A stretch of 64,000 bases of DNA from a virus. Position 1 is the first letter of the stretch. Each line of letters starts with the position of its first letter. Shown here piece after piece: positions 25,349 to 35,654 of this stretch. The notes beneath the pieces are model-generated. The model saw nothing but the letters and a program-made list of their open reading frames with translations, searched no databases and was not told the DNA's origin. The stretch covers positions 96,001-160,000 of IMG/VR virus record IMGVR_UViG_3300043409_001462; one strand, given 5' to 3'. Position numbers and translations under genes: made by a program.

Positions 25349-25603
25349 ATGTTTAATTTTCTTTCTTCTAAGTGGACTGAGCAACAGCGTCGTAGCATCA
25401 CTAAAGTCGTCACTTGGAGAATTCTCGTTACAATCACAAATTTTGTTGGTGGATGGCTTGCCTCTGGATCTTGGCAAGTTGGTCTTGGTGTAGTTTCATT
25501 TGCGCTTGTAGTCAACTCAATTCTTTATTGGTTTCACGAGAGAGCATGGAATCGTACTGACTGGGGTAAGCAGGTTAAAGAGCCTGAGGAAACTCCAATT
25601 TGA
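25349..25603 (+). CDS. DUF2061 membrane protein
   Basis: RSITKVVTWR...YWFHERAW..WG. Confidence 0.8.
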   Translation: MFNFLSSKWTEQQRRSITKVVTWRILVTITNFVGGWLASGSWQVGLGVVSFALVVNSILYWFHERAWNRTDWGKQVKEPEETPI

Positions 25604-25651
25604 CTATTTCTATCGATTGAGGTATAATATATTCAATCGATGGAGAAAGAT

Positions 25652-26470
25652 ATGACACCACTTATATGGACATGCGTATACGGAGGAGATGATTATTTCA
25701 ATATCCTCCGTATCAGTTTAGAATCACTAATCAAGTATGGAAAATACAAGCGTAGCCTGTATATTTTTTCTGATAAGGATCAGCAACAAACACTTCAATA
25801 TGTACCAACCGAACTTTGGTCTTGGACGATAGTTCTTCCATTCCCAGAAAAAGCGCACATCTCAGCAAGATATGAATGTTCCAGTTATCTACCGAAGGAC
25901 TACGACGTTTATCTTTACGTAGATACAGACATCATCTACGATGCATCAGTATGGCCAATGCTTTATGACATCAAAAATTCAGAGAAGCTGTGCTTCACTA
26001 GCGAAAAGCATCTCTACCCAAATCTTCAGGCGAAAATTGGTTCGCTTCGAAACGGTAGCGCGTACAACTCTGAATGGTTCGGCTTGGCTATCGCTCATCA
26101 GGATGGTAGTTTGGAAGATTGCTACCTACCAATCATCAACTCAGGCGTCATAGGCTCGAACGATTTGGACGAGTTGATAACCGTATGCTGTGATATTAAA
26201 GCCAAGCTCAAGTACATCGATCCAAAATACCTCCAAGAGTTTGGCGACCAACCCGTAACGAATTATGTAATAATCCAATACGGTTGCGAAACGAATATTA
26301 CCAGATACGTTCACTTCGTCAATTCGGCTCCACCAGAGCTACACGTACGTAATGGGGTGGGGTTGCGAGGAATGGTTCATTTTTTGTGGGCTGGAAGCCT
26401 CAAATACGCCGAAATGAGCCAGTACCTAGACCTCCTAGAGCGGATGGGACTGGACGCTCCTCAGGGCTAG
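25652..26470 (+). CDS. GT8-like glycosyltransferase
   Basis: YVDTDII, INSGV, GDQPVTN, VHF; own promoter TTGACT-N17-TATAAT at 25600-25628. Confidence 0.7.
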   Translation: MTPLIWTCVYGGDDYFNILRISLESLIKYGKYKRSLYIFSDKDQQQTLQYVPTELWSWTIVLPFPEKAHISARYECSSYLPKDYDVYLYVDTDIIYDASVWPMLYDIKNSEKLCFTSEKHLYPNLQAKIGSLRNGSAYNSEWFGLAIAHQDGSLEDCYLPIINSGVIGSNDLDELITVCCDIKAKLKYIDPKYLQEFGDQPVTNYVIIQYGCETNITRYVHFVNSAPPELHVRNGVGLRGMVHFLWAGSLKYAEMSQYLDLLERMGLDAPQG

Positions 26471-26586
26471 AAATACTTCTATAATACTTGTTTTTTACTT
26501 GTAATACTTACAGTCATGAGAGTATACACAAAGCAAGAAAAATCGCCTATACTGTGATTTTTTAGTATTCGCAAGTATTAAATCGG

Positions 26587-26614
26587 TTGACTTTTCCTCT
26601 AGATAGGGTACAAT
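26587..26614 (+). promoter_or_regulatory. Early sigma70-like promoter
   Basis: TTGACT-N16-TACAAT; further promoters at 26855-26883 and 27932-27960. Confidence 0.7.
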
Positions 26615-26642
26615 ATATGTAACCTAAAGAAAGGAGCACCGA

Positions 26643-26858
26643 ATGACCCGTCATAATCCCCGCCTCGTACCCGAGTTCCTCGCCCGATACCCCTCCGTAG
26701 ACGGCTATACTCTCATCTGTGTCTGTGAGGAAATCAATCGCCGTACTCAAGCTGGAGTTGGCGTACAGGGTATCCTAACTCAAGCTCTGCTTTTAGACAA
26801 CGCTGGTCAATACCTAGCTCGAGTCTGTGAGTCACTTCAAGCCCAACAAAGTGCTTGA
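26643..26858 (+). CDS. Early hypothetical protein
   Basis: AAGGAG RBS. Confidence 0.6.
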   Translation: MTRHNPRLVPEFLARYPSVDGYTLICVCEEINRRTQAGVGVQGILTQALLLDNAGQYLARVCESLQAQQSA

Positions 26859-26910
26859 CGAGTTTCGCGAATTACGCTATAATATATCTACGGTTGAAGA
26901 GGAGAACGAT

Positions 26911-27165
26911 ATGAACCCCACCTACACGAAGATCCCCCTCGAAAAGCTCGACGAAGTTCGTACGGCTCTTAATGCCAAGCTCAAGGCGCATAGCCAAGCT
27001 ACTGGCTTTCGCTATAAGACCCGTACCTTTTACCTCGGTCCCCGTAAGGTTTATGGCGGTCGTCGTCAGGGTACTACCAACAAGAGCGACGCCTATAGCG
27101 CCAAGCTTGCCGTTTACGAGGATAATGGTCGTTACGGTTACTTTGATATCGCCTACTACGTTTGA
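26911..27165 (+). CDS. Early basic hypothetical protein
   Basis: GAGGAG RBS after the promoter at 26855. Confidence 0.6.
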   Translation: MNPTYTKIPLEKLDEVRTALNAKLKAHSQATGFRYKTRTFYLGPRKVYGGRRQGTTNKSDAYSAKLAVYEDNGRYGYFDIAYYV

Positions 27166-27175
27166 GGAGAAAGCT

Positions 27176-27457
27176 ATGAAACTCGACGATTATGATTTTG
27201 ATATGACTGCCAAGGCTGTGTTCGCGATGAACCCTTCGGCTCCCCAAAATTACGATACCTGGGAGGACCTGAAGTCCTTCATGGTTTCCATGGCGTACAC
27301 CTACGGTCACAAGACCAACTCTTTCAGCACCAGTGGATTCCAGCTGACTTTCTTTCCGAGCTCTAATGACACAGATATTAGCTGTCGTTCGTCTGTTTCG
27401 TCTTTTGTTGCGCTTGAGTATGTGAAGCGTATGACCCTCGTCAAGGAGAATGCATAA
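27176..27457 (+). CDS. Early hypothetical protein
   Basis: GAGGAG RBS, MKLDDYDF... Confidence 0.6.
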   Translation: MKLDDYDFDMTAKAVFAMNPSAPQNYDTWEDLKSFMVSMAYTYGHKTNSFSTSGFQLTFFPSSNDTDISCRSSVSSFVALEYVKRMTLVKENA

Positions 27458-27642
27458 TGTTTATCGCAAAACCCAACCTGAATAACTCACTCGGTCAAAA
27501 GACTTTCTCCGATATGGAGGCGGCTGTTACCTACCTCGAGGAAGCCACTGGTTACAAGATGGATTTTGTTACCGACAAGCGTACGAAGGAGCGCACTTAT
27601 GACTGGGAAATCATCGGCAAACTCAAGCGTGTCAAAGCGTAA
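27457..27642 (+). CDS. Early hypothetical protein
   Basis: AAGGAG RBS, coupled start. Confidence 0.55.
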   Translation: MFIAKPNLNNSLGQKTFSDMEAAVTYLEEATGYKMDFVTDKRTKERTYDWEIIGKLKRVKA

Positions 27643-27748
27643 CCCATTCGCACATGAGCTTAACGATGCAAAGTTTCGGTTGCGCATCGTTAAGCCACGT
27701 AAGGGCAAAGGTTCTTATTCTCGCAAGGAGTCAAAATTATGGGTATGA
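27629..27748 (+). CDS. ArfA-like small basic protein
   Basis: NPFAHELNDAKFRLRIVKPRKGKGSYSRK aligns by eye with ArfA N..L.D..FR.R..K..KGKGSY.RK. Confidence 0.6.
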   Translation: MSKRNPFAHELNDAKFRLRIVKPRKGKGSYSRKESKLWV

Positions 27749-27924
27749 TGAAAGAACGCTATATGGATATCGTTGATTACGCCGAAGAGTGCTGTGGTGG
27801 TACGCTTCAACATGATGAAGCTTGGAAGATGTTTCAGATGGTTTATCCTGACGAAGGCGAGATTTTCGAAGAAGCTTGGAACAACTGGGATTCTTTTTCT
27901 GAATATATTCTAACACATCATTAA
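27739..27924 (+). CDS. Hypothetical protein
   Basis: AAGGAG RBS, MGMMK start. Confidence 0.55.
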   Translation: MGMMKERYMDIVDYAEECCGGTLQHDEAWKMFQMVYPDEGEIFEEAWNNWDSFSEYILTHH

Positions 27925-27987
27925 AAAGTGCTTGACTTATCTCTAAATATTAAGTATAATAGATCTTGATGATGAAGGAGTATATGC

Positions 27988-28182
27988 ATGTCAAAACCAA
28001 AGTTCAAAGTTTGCTACGATGTTAAGCACGTCGTAAAAGGTGATGGTATCTATGGATTACTCGTCACCAAAAAGTCTTACTTCCATACCTTACAGGAAGC
28101 ATTCTCCTTCTCTAAGGAGATTTATGGTCTTCGTATAAATGGTGTAGAAGTAGTAGGTCGTCCATCTATCGAACGTATGTGA
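27988..28182 (+). CDS. Hypothetical protein
   Basis: AAGGAG RBS after promoter. Confidence 0.6.
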   Translation: MSKPKFKVCYDVKHVVKGDGIYGLLVTKKSYFHTLQEAFSFSKEIYGLRINGVEVVGRPSIERM

Positions 28183-28189
28183 GGGAACT

Positions 28190-28471
28190 ATGCGTAAACT
28201 GTTGATCGTTGCATCTTTGTTGGCTATGTCTTCAGCTGCAATCGCTGCAGACGGTCGACGTATGTATGGTGGTCCTAATCGACCTGCTCATGGACATCAT
28301 CGTCACCATAACGTACTGCCATGGATAGCTGGTGGATTAGCTCTTGGAGCAATTGCTGGTGGAGCATATTACTACGACCATAGCCCACCAAGGTATCGTC
28401 GTCAGTGTTATGACGATTTAATTGGTTACGATCGTTATGGTCGTGAAGTTTGGCGCAAATATTGCAATTGA
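28190..28471 (+). CDS. Secreted Gly/His/Tyr-rich protein (BA14K-like architecture)
   Basis: Signal peptide, His-rich stretch, AGGLALGAIAGGA hydrophobic segment, Cys pair. Confidence 0.55.
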   Translation: MRKLLIVASLLAMSSAAIAADGRRMYGGPNRPAHGHHRHHNVLPWIAGGLALGAIAGGAYYYDHSPPRYRRQCYDDLIGYDRYGREVWRKYCN

Positions 28472-28478
28472 GGTTAAT

Positions 28479-29456
28479 ATGAAAATTGGTGATACAGTAG
28501 AGTTGATAGATGAGAATGATTACGAAGGCAACTATCGTGGTCGTATGAAGGTGGTCAACATCAAAGGTCTGTCCGTTCTGTGCGACCACCCATTCTACGA
28601 CGAGTTGCTTTGGGTTCTTGAGGATCAATTGGTGGTAATGGAGGAAGCAAATGACTGATGATGGTAAGTACAAGTGCACATACTCTTTTAGCTGTGAATA
28701 TGAGAATGTTGCTTTGCCTGGCGAGCCGAAGCACAGCTTGAATGTTCTATCTTTCGATGGTACTGATGCTCACATTCAAACAGTGGTCAACCAGTTTGTT
28801 ACCTTTTTGAAGGCATCTGGTTACAGTTTCCAGGATTTGGAGATCATTAAAGATGCTAATTCCTACAAAGTATAGCATTGGGTACACCTATTGGGTGCCT
28901 CGTGTTTACAAGCAATTTGTGAGTACAGAAACTCTTTATTATGAAGGTGAAGAGTGGACTCGTGATGTGTATGAAATGCGTGCTTTTGCCAAGCAGAAGG
29001 TGGTCCGTTGTATGGAAATCAAGGTCCATAAAAATGGTACGCATTCTGTAATGTATGGTGTAGAGAATATTACAGATGCTGGTACAAGTATGTTTCAGTG
29101 GTATCCAGAAGCAAATATACCTGAAAGCAATACCGAAGAGATTGCTCTAGCTTTTGCTGAGGGATTCTTGAAAGATAACCCAGACACAGAATACTTTGGT
29201 AACTAGGAGATAAGTAATGATAGATAATGCATTGCAGTTGATTAACCATAAAGGTGCGCTGTTGAAGGAGATTGCATTCCTTGAAACACAGCTTAAAGAT
29301 CACGATACTGGTCATATCCGTACAGCTATCAGTGTTCTTGAAGGTCGTGTGAAGGATATCGTTGAGTTTCTTAATGATACCGATAGAAAGTCAAAGCATT
29401 TGATGAATGGTATCATGAATTGGGACAAGATTATGTCCACACCTGGTAACCTATAA
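28479..29456 (+). CDS. Run of four small hypothetical genes (28479-28658, 28651-28875, 28853-29206, 29217-29456)
   Basis: Overlapping or coupled + strand ORFs with RBSs. Confidence 0.55.
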
Positions 29457-29485
29457 TAAGTAGTGGTGTTGTTAAAGTTTATTGA

Positions 29486-29561
29486 TCGGGGTTAGTTCAA
29501 TTGGTAGAACTACAGACTTTGAATCTGTGTGTTGGTGGTTCGAGCCCATCACCCCGAGCCA
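29486..29561 (+). tRNA. tRNA-Gln(TTG)
   Basis: Loop CTTTGAA; U1-A72; GCCA; isolated from the main cluster. Confidence 0.9.
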
Positions 29562-29574
29562 ACTTTGGAGATAT

Positions 29575-30193
29575 ATGATGGATGGATATCAAGGCGATTC
29601 AAATAATTTACTCGAAAAACTCAAATATGCTACTCAAAGTTCTTCAATAGTAGATTTATATTGGGGTGAAGTTATGGAACTTTTGAGAGAAAGTCGAGAT
29701 AAAATTGAAGAATTGACTTCACTTCTTAAAGAGGATAAGTGATGTTTTTCAGCAAGAAGAACGAAAAGTATATTCGTTGGAAAATTGAGATTGATGGTAT
29801 CACTGCAGAAGGTAAGCCAATCTATCATGTGTACAAAGCAAGAGCGCCATACGGTATGGATTTGGTCTGTGAGTTTCATGACTACGATCAAGCAAGGCAA
29901 TTTGTAGAGAAGCACATTGACTTCCCTATCTACTTCTATAAGGATTAGCAATGCCATTCGGTGGATACAACCCATTAGACGACGGCGAATACCAAGATTT
30001 TTCGCCCTGGTTCAAGCCCAAAAAGGAACCTAAAATGTCAGAGCTTGATTTAACAAAGATACAGTTGGTTTGGTCTCAAGATATCTTGGTCAGGATCAAA
30101 ACAATCCTAGACTCAAAAGGATGGACAGACGAGCAGAAGTTGGTCAGCATTGCTTGGCTTGTAAAGCAAGCTGTTAAAAGAGAAGATGACTAG
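29575..30193 (+). CDS. Three small hypothetical genes (29575-29742, 29739-29948, 29951-30193)
   Basis: Coupled + strand ORFs. Confidence 0.5.
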
Positions 30194-30477
30194 TTTTTCT
30201 TCTCTGCTCTCTTCTTCGCCTCGTCAAGCGTCTTATACAATGCATTCATATTCTTCTGGCACTCAGTATTCTTTGAATGTAATTCTACCAGAAGTTTTGC
30301 AACCTGCACATCCGTTAAAGTTTCAGAATTTGGAAATCGTCTTACGTTTTGACAGTAAAACATCGATTTGTCTGGCACAACTACCTGTAGTTCTGTTTTA
30401 GTAATAATTTGTGGCGGAAGAGCTTTGGCGCATCCTGCAAGAGATAAAGCTATAAACGAAGCAAATATTACTCTCAT
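30190..30477 (-). CDS. o-spanin (Rz1-like lipoprotein)
   Basis: Lipobox LAGC, Pro-containing periplasmic part; follows i-spanin. Confidence 0.7.
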   Translation of the reverse strand: MRVIFASFIALSLAGCAKALPPQIITKTELQVVVPDKSMFYCQNVRRFPNSETLTDVQVAKLLVELHSKNTECQKNMNALYKTLDEAKKRAEKKN

Positions 30478-30827
30478 TTTACCACATCCTTCAGCTTGTT
30501 TACTGTATCTTTAAGAACCTTTGAAGACTCTTTATCAGCTGCAACTGTTTCTTTCGAATTTAAATCTGCGCTAATAGAATTGATTTTATCTTCAAAAACT
30601 TTTTTTGATGCAGCGTTTTCTGCTTCTATTTCTCTACGCTTCTTTTCGATATCTTCGATTTGTTGACGTAGTATTTCTTTGTCTTTGGCGTCCTGTTCGA
30701 TTTGTTTTTGGTTGTACTCTAAAAGAGCTTCGCGCTCGATACCTGCGCGCCAAGAATAATACCCTGCTGAAAGAGCACCGAATGCTAGTATACCAATAAA
30801 TATGTAAAGTTGTAAACGTCCAAACAT
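30474..30827 (-). CDS. i-spanin (Rz-like)
   Basis: N-terminal TM helix then coiled coil; minus-strand TATAAATA at 30850-30857. Confidence 0.7.
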   Translation of the reverse strand: MFGRLQLYIFIGILAFGALSAGYYSWRAGIEREALLEYNQKQIEQDAKDKEILRQQIEDIEKKRREIEAENAASKKVFEDKINSISADLNSKETVAADKESSKVLKDTVNKLKDVVK

Positions 30828-30856
30828 CGTAACCTCCATAGCTAGGAGCTATTTAT

Positions 30857-31462
30857 ATGAAAGTATATCTCGGACCTTATAAAAACTGGATTGGACCGTA
30901 TCAGATTGCCGATGCTGTTTTCTTTTGGGTAAATCGTCGTGGTGTCTTTGCTGACGATGACCCTCGTCATGACCGTTGGGACTACAAGGCAGCTGATGCG
31001 TTTGGCGACTGGCTCGCTGATATCAAGTGGCTCTATAAGTCTTGTAACTGGATTCATGCGAAGCGCAAGCGTAATATCAAGGTACGTATTGACGAGTATG
31101 ACACTTGGTCAATGGATCACACTCTTGCTTACATCGTTCTGCCTATGCTTAAACAGTTGAAAGCTACAAAGCACGGCTCGCCTTTCGTTGATGATGAGGA
31201 TGTTCCTGAACACCTTCGTTCAACTGCTGCACCAGAACTAACTGACGAAGAAAAGAAATGGGGTGAAACAGATGCGTTGTTTCATGACCGTTGGGTTTAT
31301 GTTCTCGACGAAATGATCTTCGCTTTTGAATTAGAAATTAACGACGAATGGGATGATGAATATCACAAAAGTGGCGATTATGATGCTATGAACGTTATTG
31401 GTGATCGTCAGAAAAACGGCTTCCGCTTGTTCGGTAAATATTATCAGGGGCTATGGGACTAA
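30857..31462 (+). CDS. Conserved phage hypothetical protein
   Basis: DTWSMDHTLAYIVLPMLKQLK..KHGSP, GFRLFGKYYQGLWD. Confidence 0.75.
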   Translation: MKVYLGPYKNWIGPYQIADAVFFWVNRRGVFADDDPRHDRWDYKAADAFGDWLADIKWLYKSCNWIHAKRKRNIKVRIDEYDTWSMDHTLAYIVLPMLKQLKATKHGSPFVDDEDVPEHLRSTAAPELTDEEKKWGETDALFHDRWVYVLDEMIFAFELEINDEWDDEYHKSGDYDAMNVIGDRQKNGFRLFGKYYQGLWD

Positions 31463-31677
31463 TGGAAACTCTGACTCAATACACTCAAATCCCAGAAGAA
31501 GTTGTACAGCAAGCAGCAGAGATGTGTTCAGATGATGAAAACAATAGCTTCTTTAGAATATGGAATGTTGGTCAAGGGTATAAGTCTGCTGGTATGACAC
31601 CTATCTATTTACTAGATCAAACAGTAATGCAATTATTTGTTGTAGCCCAAGAAACTTTTGGAAAAAAATTGCACTAA
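31462..31677 (+). CDS. Hypothetical protein
   Basis: Coupled ORF. Confidence 0.55.
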   Translation: METLTQYTQIPEEVVQQAAEMCSDDENNSFFRIWNVGQGYKSAGMTPIYLLDQTVMQLFVVAQETFGKKLH

Positions 31678-31770
31678 CCCCTTTAAAAATATTGCGTCGC
31701 AACCTATATAATATGTGAGATGCCAGTCGGGTCTCGCAATTATCAACTCTCGCTTCACAGGAGAACTACT

Positions 31771-32265
31771 ATGACTAACTTTAAATTCGATCACACATTC
31801 TCAGACCTCGCCAAGTTCGACAAGTTTTATGTTGGCTCTGATAAGTTTCTAGCAAAGATGCAGGAAACAGCAGAGCATCTAGCAAATACTGCAACTCATG
31901 GCGCGTATCCTCCATTTAACCTCAAGAAAACTGATGACAATGTTTATGTCGTCGAGCTTGCTGTTGCTGGCTTTGCTAAGCAGGATATCGAGCTTACGCT
32001 TGAAGAGAATAAGCTAATCATCAAGGGTGGCACTACACTTGATACTCTTACATCTGATGGTATCGATACTCAGTACCTTCATAAGGGCATTTCAGACCGT
32101 GCATTTACCCGCACCTTCTCGCTCGCTGACAATGTTGTCGTGAATAATGCGCAGATGGTTAATGGACTTCTTAAAATTTGGCTGGAACACATTATTCCAG
32201 AGCACAAGAAGCCAAAGAAAATTGACATCGAAGAAGAGGTAGCGACAAAGGTTGCTAAGAAATAA
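31771..32265 (+). CDS. Small heat-shock protein Hsp20 (IbpA-like)
   Basis: YPPFNL, ELAVAGF, YLHKGISDRAFTRTF, NGLLKIWLE. Confidence 0.92.
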   Translation: MTNFKFDHTFSDLAKFDKFYVGSDKFLAKMQETAEHLANTATHGAYPPFNLKKTDDNVYVVELAVAGFAKQDIELTLEENKLIIKGGTTLDTLTSDGIDTQYLHKGISDRAFTRTFSLADNVVVNNAQMVNGLLKIWLEHIIPEHKKPKKIDIEEEVATKVAKK

Positions 32266-32460
32266 ATGTTTGACTTGTTTACAAATTATATCGACCAATC
32301 ATTAATTTGGATGAAGAGAAGCTTTGCTTATAATAAGGCAGCATCAGAGCTTCATAATCTTTCTGATAGAGAGCTTGCCGACTTGGGCATTTACCGTGGT
32401 GAAGTACATAATGTCGTTTTGAATACATTGAGACAGCGAATCCCAAGTCGGTCCTTTTAA
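32266..32460 (+). CDS. DUF1127 small protein
   Basis: ELHNLSDRELADLGIYRGEV. Confidence 0.8.
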   Translation: MFDLFTNYIDQSLIWMKRSFAYNKAASELHNLSDRELADLGIYRGEVHNVVLNTLRQRIPSRSF

Positions 32461-32469
32461 CAATAAATA

Positions 32470-32498
32470 ACGGGGAAGCAATTCCCCGTTTTCTTTTA
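32470..32498 (+). terminator. Rho-independent terminator
   Basis: ACGGGGAA-GCAA-TTCCCCGT + T-rich tail. Confidence 0.75.
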
Positions 32499-32509
32499 TG
32501 GAGATAGAT

Positions 32510-33124
32510 ATGAAAGTCACACTCGAACAATTATGCAATTTCTTCGAAGACACAGATGATTTTGTGCTAGAGAAATTCGTCGGTCCAATTAATCAAATTA
32601 TCGAAGATTTTGACATCAATACACCTAAGCGTTTGTCTATGTTTCTTGCACAGGTAGGGCATGAGTCAGGTGGGTTGACAAGGCTTCATGAGAATTTGAA
32701 CTACAAGGCTGCTCGCCTTTCTCAGATCTTTCCAAAATATTTCAGGGACGTTGATCCTGATGATTATGCAAACAAGCCTGAAGCTATCGCTAATCGTGTG
32801 TACGCTAGTCGCATGGGTAATGGTGATGAAGATTCTGGTGATGGTTATCGCTTTCGCGGTCGTGGTGCTATCCAGTTGACTGGTCGTTCGAATTACACTG
32901 CATGTGGTGCAGATCTTGAAGTTGATTTGATTAACAATCCCGACTGGTTGGAAACTCCAGAAGGTGCTATTATGTCAGCTGCTTGGTTCTGGGACCAGCA
33001 TGATCTAAATGACTGGGCGGACAAGAGTGATGTTACTACAGTATCAAAGAAGATCAATGGTGGTACTATTGGTCTCGAAGAGCGCAAAGAACTATTTGAA
33101 GAAGCACTCACAATTTTCGCTTGA
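32510..33124 (+). CDS. GH19 (chitinase-like) endolysin
   Basis: FLAQVGHESGG, ENLNY, DGYRFRGRGAIQLTGRSNY, SAAWFW, KKINGG. Confidence 0.9.
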   Translation: MKVTLEQLCNFFEDTDDFVLEKFVGPINQIIEDFDINTPKRLSMFLAQVGHESGGLTRLHENLNYKAARLSQIFPKYFRDVDPDDYANKPEAIANRVYASRMGNGDEDSGDGYRFRGRGAIQLTGRSNYTACGADLEVDLINNPDWLETPEGAIMSAAWFWDQHDLNDWADKSDVTTVSKKINGGTIGLEERKELFEEALTIFA

Positions 33125-33185
33125 TTTTTTCAACGTAGTAGGGTATTATTGGTAACAGTGATGCCCTACACTCACATTCGGAGTT

Positions 33186-35654
33186 ATGATGAAGTTTTAC
33201 ACAAGTGTTTATCAGCGTGGAGATAAGATTTATGTTCGTGGTTATGAAGACGGTCAACGTGTAGAATTTATCGAGAAGTATAAGCCATACCTCTTTCTTC
33301 CTAAGAAGGATGGGTTTTATCGTACACTGGATGGTAAGCAAGTTGATAAAATGCAGTTCGAGTCTATTTCGGACGCACGTGATTTTTGTGAGAAATATAA
33401 AGACGTATCGAACTTTGATTATTATGGACTGAACAACTATCAATATGTGTTTATGTATGACTATTACAACGGCGAGATCAATTACGATCCGTCGATTATT
33501 TCAGTAGTAACTATCGATATCGAGTGTGCAGCTGACGAGGGATTTCCTGATATTCAGAAGGCTGATAAAGAAATCACAGCTATCACTCTACGTAAGAACG
33601 GTAAGAACATTGTGTTCGGATGTGGAGAATATATTGAGCACAATGATGAGACCAAGTATATTCGTTGCAAAGATGAATTCGAATTGCTTGATAAATTTAT
33701 CAAAGTGTGGAATCATCCTACTTGGAAGCCAGATGTTGTTACTGGTTGGAACATAGAGTTCTTCGACATTCCTTACACGGTCAATCGTATCAAGAACGTA
33801 CTAGGCATAGAGTATGCTAAGAAGCTATCTCCTTGGCTTATTCTTGACGAGAAAGAAGTTGAATTCAAAGGCAAAAAAAATCAAACATACACTCCAGCTG
33901 GTATTGCTGTTCTTGACTATTATCAGTTGTATCGTAAGTTTTCATTCGGTAACCAAGAGAACTATAAGCTAGATTATATTTCTCAAGTTGAGCTGGGCGA
34001 GCAAAAGATCGATTACTCTGAATATGGTTCATTGCTTGAATTGTATAAGAGTAACTTTCAAAAGTTTATCGAGTATAACATTCACGACTGTGTGCTTGTT
34101 GATAGGCTTGACGAAAAGCTTAAGTTCATTGAACAGGTTATGGCGTTGGCGTATGACGCAAAGGTAAACTATGGTGATACCATGACGACTGTTCGTCCAT
34201 GGGATGTAATTATTCATAACTATCTGCTTGATCGTCGTATTGTTATTCCTCAGTTCGAACCTTCTAGGCAGGAGTTCGAATTGGTTGGTGGTCATGTGAA
34301 GGAACCTGTCCCAGGTTTGTATAAGTGGGTTGTATCATTCGATTTGAACAGTCTGTATCCGCATTTGATTATGCAATATAATATCAGCCCAGAAACATTC
34401 ATTACCCGTTTACCTAACTTCAATTCAATTGATAGTTTGCTTGATGGGACAATGTCGCATAACTGCGAACATGCTATCGCAGCGAACGGTTGCATCTATC
34501 ATAAGGACAAGCAAGGGTTTCTACCTCAGCTTATGGAAACAATGTACGACGACCGTACAAAGTATAAGAAGCTAATGATTGAAGCCAAGAAGCGATATGA
34601 GGAAAGTCACTCTCGCGAGGACGAGATGTTGATTGCTCGTTATCATAATATGCAGATGGCCAAGAAGATTCAATTGAACTCAGCTTACGGTGCGCTTGGT
34701 AATAGATACTTCCGTTGGTTCAGCTTTAATAATGCAGAAGCTATCACTATGTCTGGTCAGCTTTCTATCCGTTGGATTGAGAAAAAGATGAACCAGTTTA
34801 TGAACAAGGTTTGTAAGACCAAGGGAATAGATTTTGTTGTTGCTTCTGATACCGACTCAATCTATGTTACCTTTGATAGATTGATCCCTGCAGGTAGCGA
34901 CGAACTTGAAGCAGTAAAGTTAATCGATCAGTTCTGCGAAACTAAAATTCAGCATTATATCAACTCATGCTACGACGAGCTAGCTGGTATGATGAATGCT
35001 TATCAGCAGAAGATGCAAATGAAACGCGAAACTATCGCTAACAAGGGCATCTGGCGTAAGAAGAAGATGTATATTTTAAATGCCTGGAACGTTGAAGGTG
35101 TTCAGTATGATAAACCAAAGCTGAAGATTCAGGGTATCGAAGCTGTTCGTTCTTCAACACCTCACGTCTGTCGCGAGAAAATTAAACAGGCGTTGGATAT
35201 CATTATGAATAAAGATGAAGAGACACTTCAAGCATTTATTGAAACGTTTCGTCAAGAGTTTCTTGAACTTCCTTTCGAGAAAGTCGCCTTTCCTCGTGGA
35301 ATTAAAGGTATGAGTAAGTATTCTAGTAAGAAAGAAATATATATCAAAGGTACACCTATTCAAGTTAAAGGTGCATTGCTTTTCAATAACCTACTGCAAA
35401 CTAAAGGTATGAAAAACATACCACCTATCATGGATGGTGATAAAGTTAGGTTTGCTTATCTCAAATTGCCTAATCCTATCGGTGATACTGTTATTGCAAC
35501 TCCTGATGAACTTCCGAAAGAATTCAAGCTTGATAAGTATATCGATCGCGAGATGCAATTCAATAAAAGTTTCGTAGAACCACTACGCTCAATCACAGAA
35601 GTTATCGACTGGGAAGTTGAGCAGAGAGCAACATTGGAGGATTTCTTTGGCTAA
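33186..35654 (+). CDS. 43: Family B DNA polymerase gp43
   Basis: Exo DIE, SFDLNSLYPH, KIQLNSAYG, DTDS; C-terminal TLEDFFG. Confidence 0.97.
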   Translation: MMKFYTSVYQRGDKIYVRGYEDGQRVEFIEKYKPYLFLPKKDGFYRTLDGKQVDKMQFESISDARDFCEKYKDVSNFDYYGLNNYQYVFMYDYYNGEINYDPSIISVVTIDIECAADEGFPDIQKADKEITAITLRKNGKNIVFGCGEYIEHNDETKYIRCKDEFELLDKFIKVWNHPTWKPDVVTGWNIEFFDIPYTVNRIKNVLGIEYAKKLSPWLILDEKEVEFKGKKNQTYTPAGIAVLDYYQLYRKFSFGNQENYKLDYISQVELGEQKIDYSEYGSLLELYKSNFQKFIEYNIHDCVLVDRLDEKLKFIEQVMALAYDAKVNYGDTMTTVRPWDVIIHNYLLDRRIVIPQFEPSRQEFELVGGHVKEPVPGLYKWVVSFDLNSLYPHLIMQYNISPETFITRLPNFNSIDSLLDGTMSHNCEHAIAANGCIYHKDKQGFLPQLMETMYDDRTKYKKLMIEAKKRYEESHSREDEMLIARYHNMQMAKKIQLNSAYGALGNRYFRWFSFNNAEAITMSGQLSIRWIEKKMNQFMNKVCKTKGIDFVVASDTDSIYVTFDRLIPAGSDELEAVKLIDQFCETKIQHYINSCYDELAGMMNAYQQKMQMKRETIANKGIWRKKKMYILNAWNVEGVQYDKPKLKIQGIEAVRSSTPHVCREKIKQALDIIMNKDEETLQAFIETFRQEFLELPFEKVAFPRGIKGMSKYSSKKEIYIKGTPIQVKGALLFNNLLQTKGMKNIPPIMDGDKVRFAYLKLPNPIGDTVIATPDELPKEFKLDKYIDREMQFNKSFVEPLRSITEVIDWEVEQRATLEDFFG

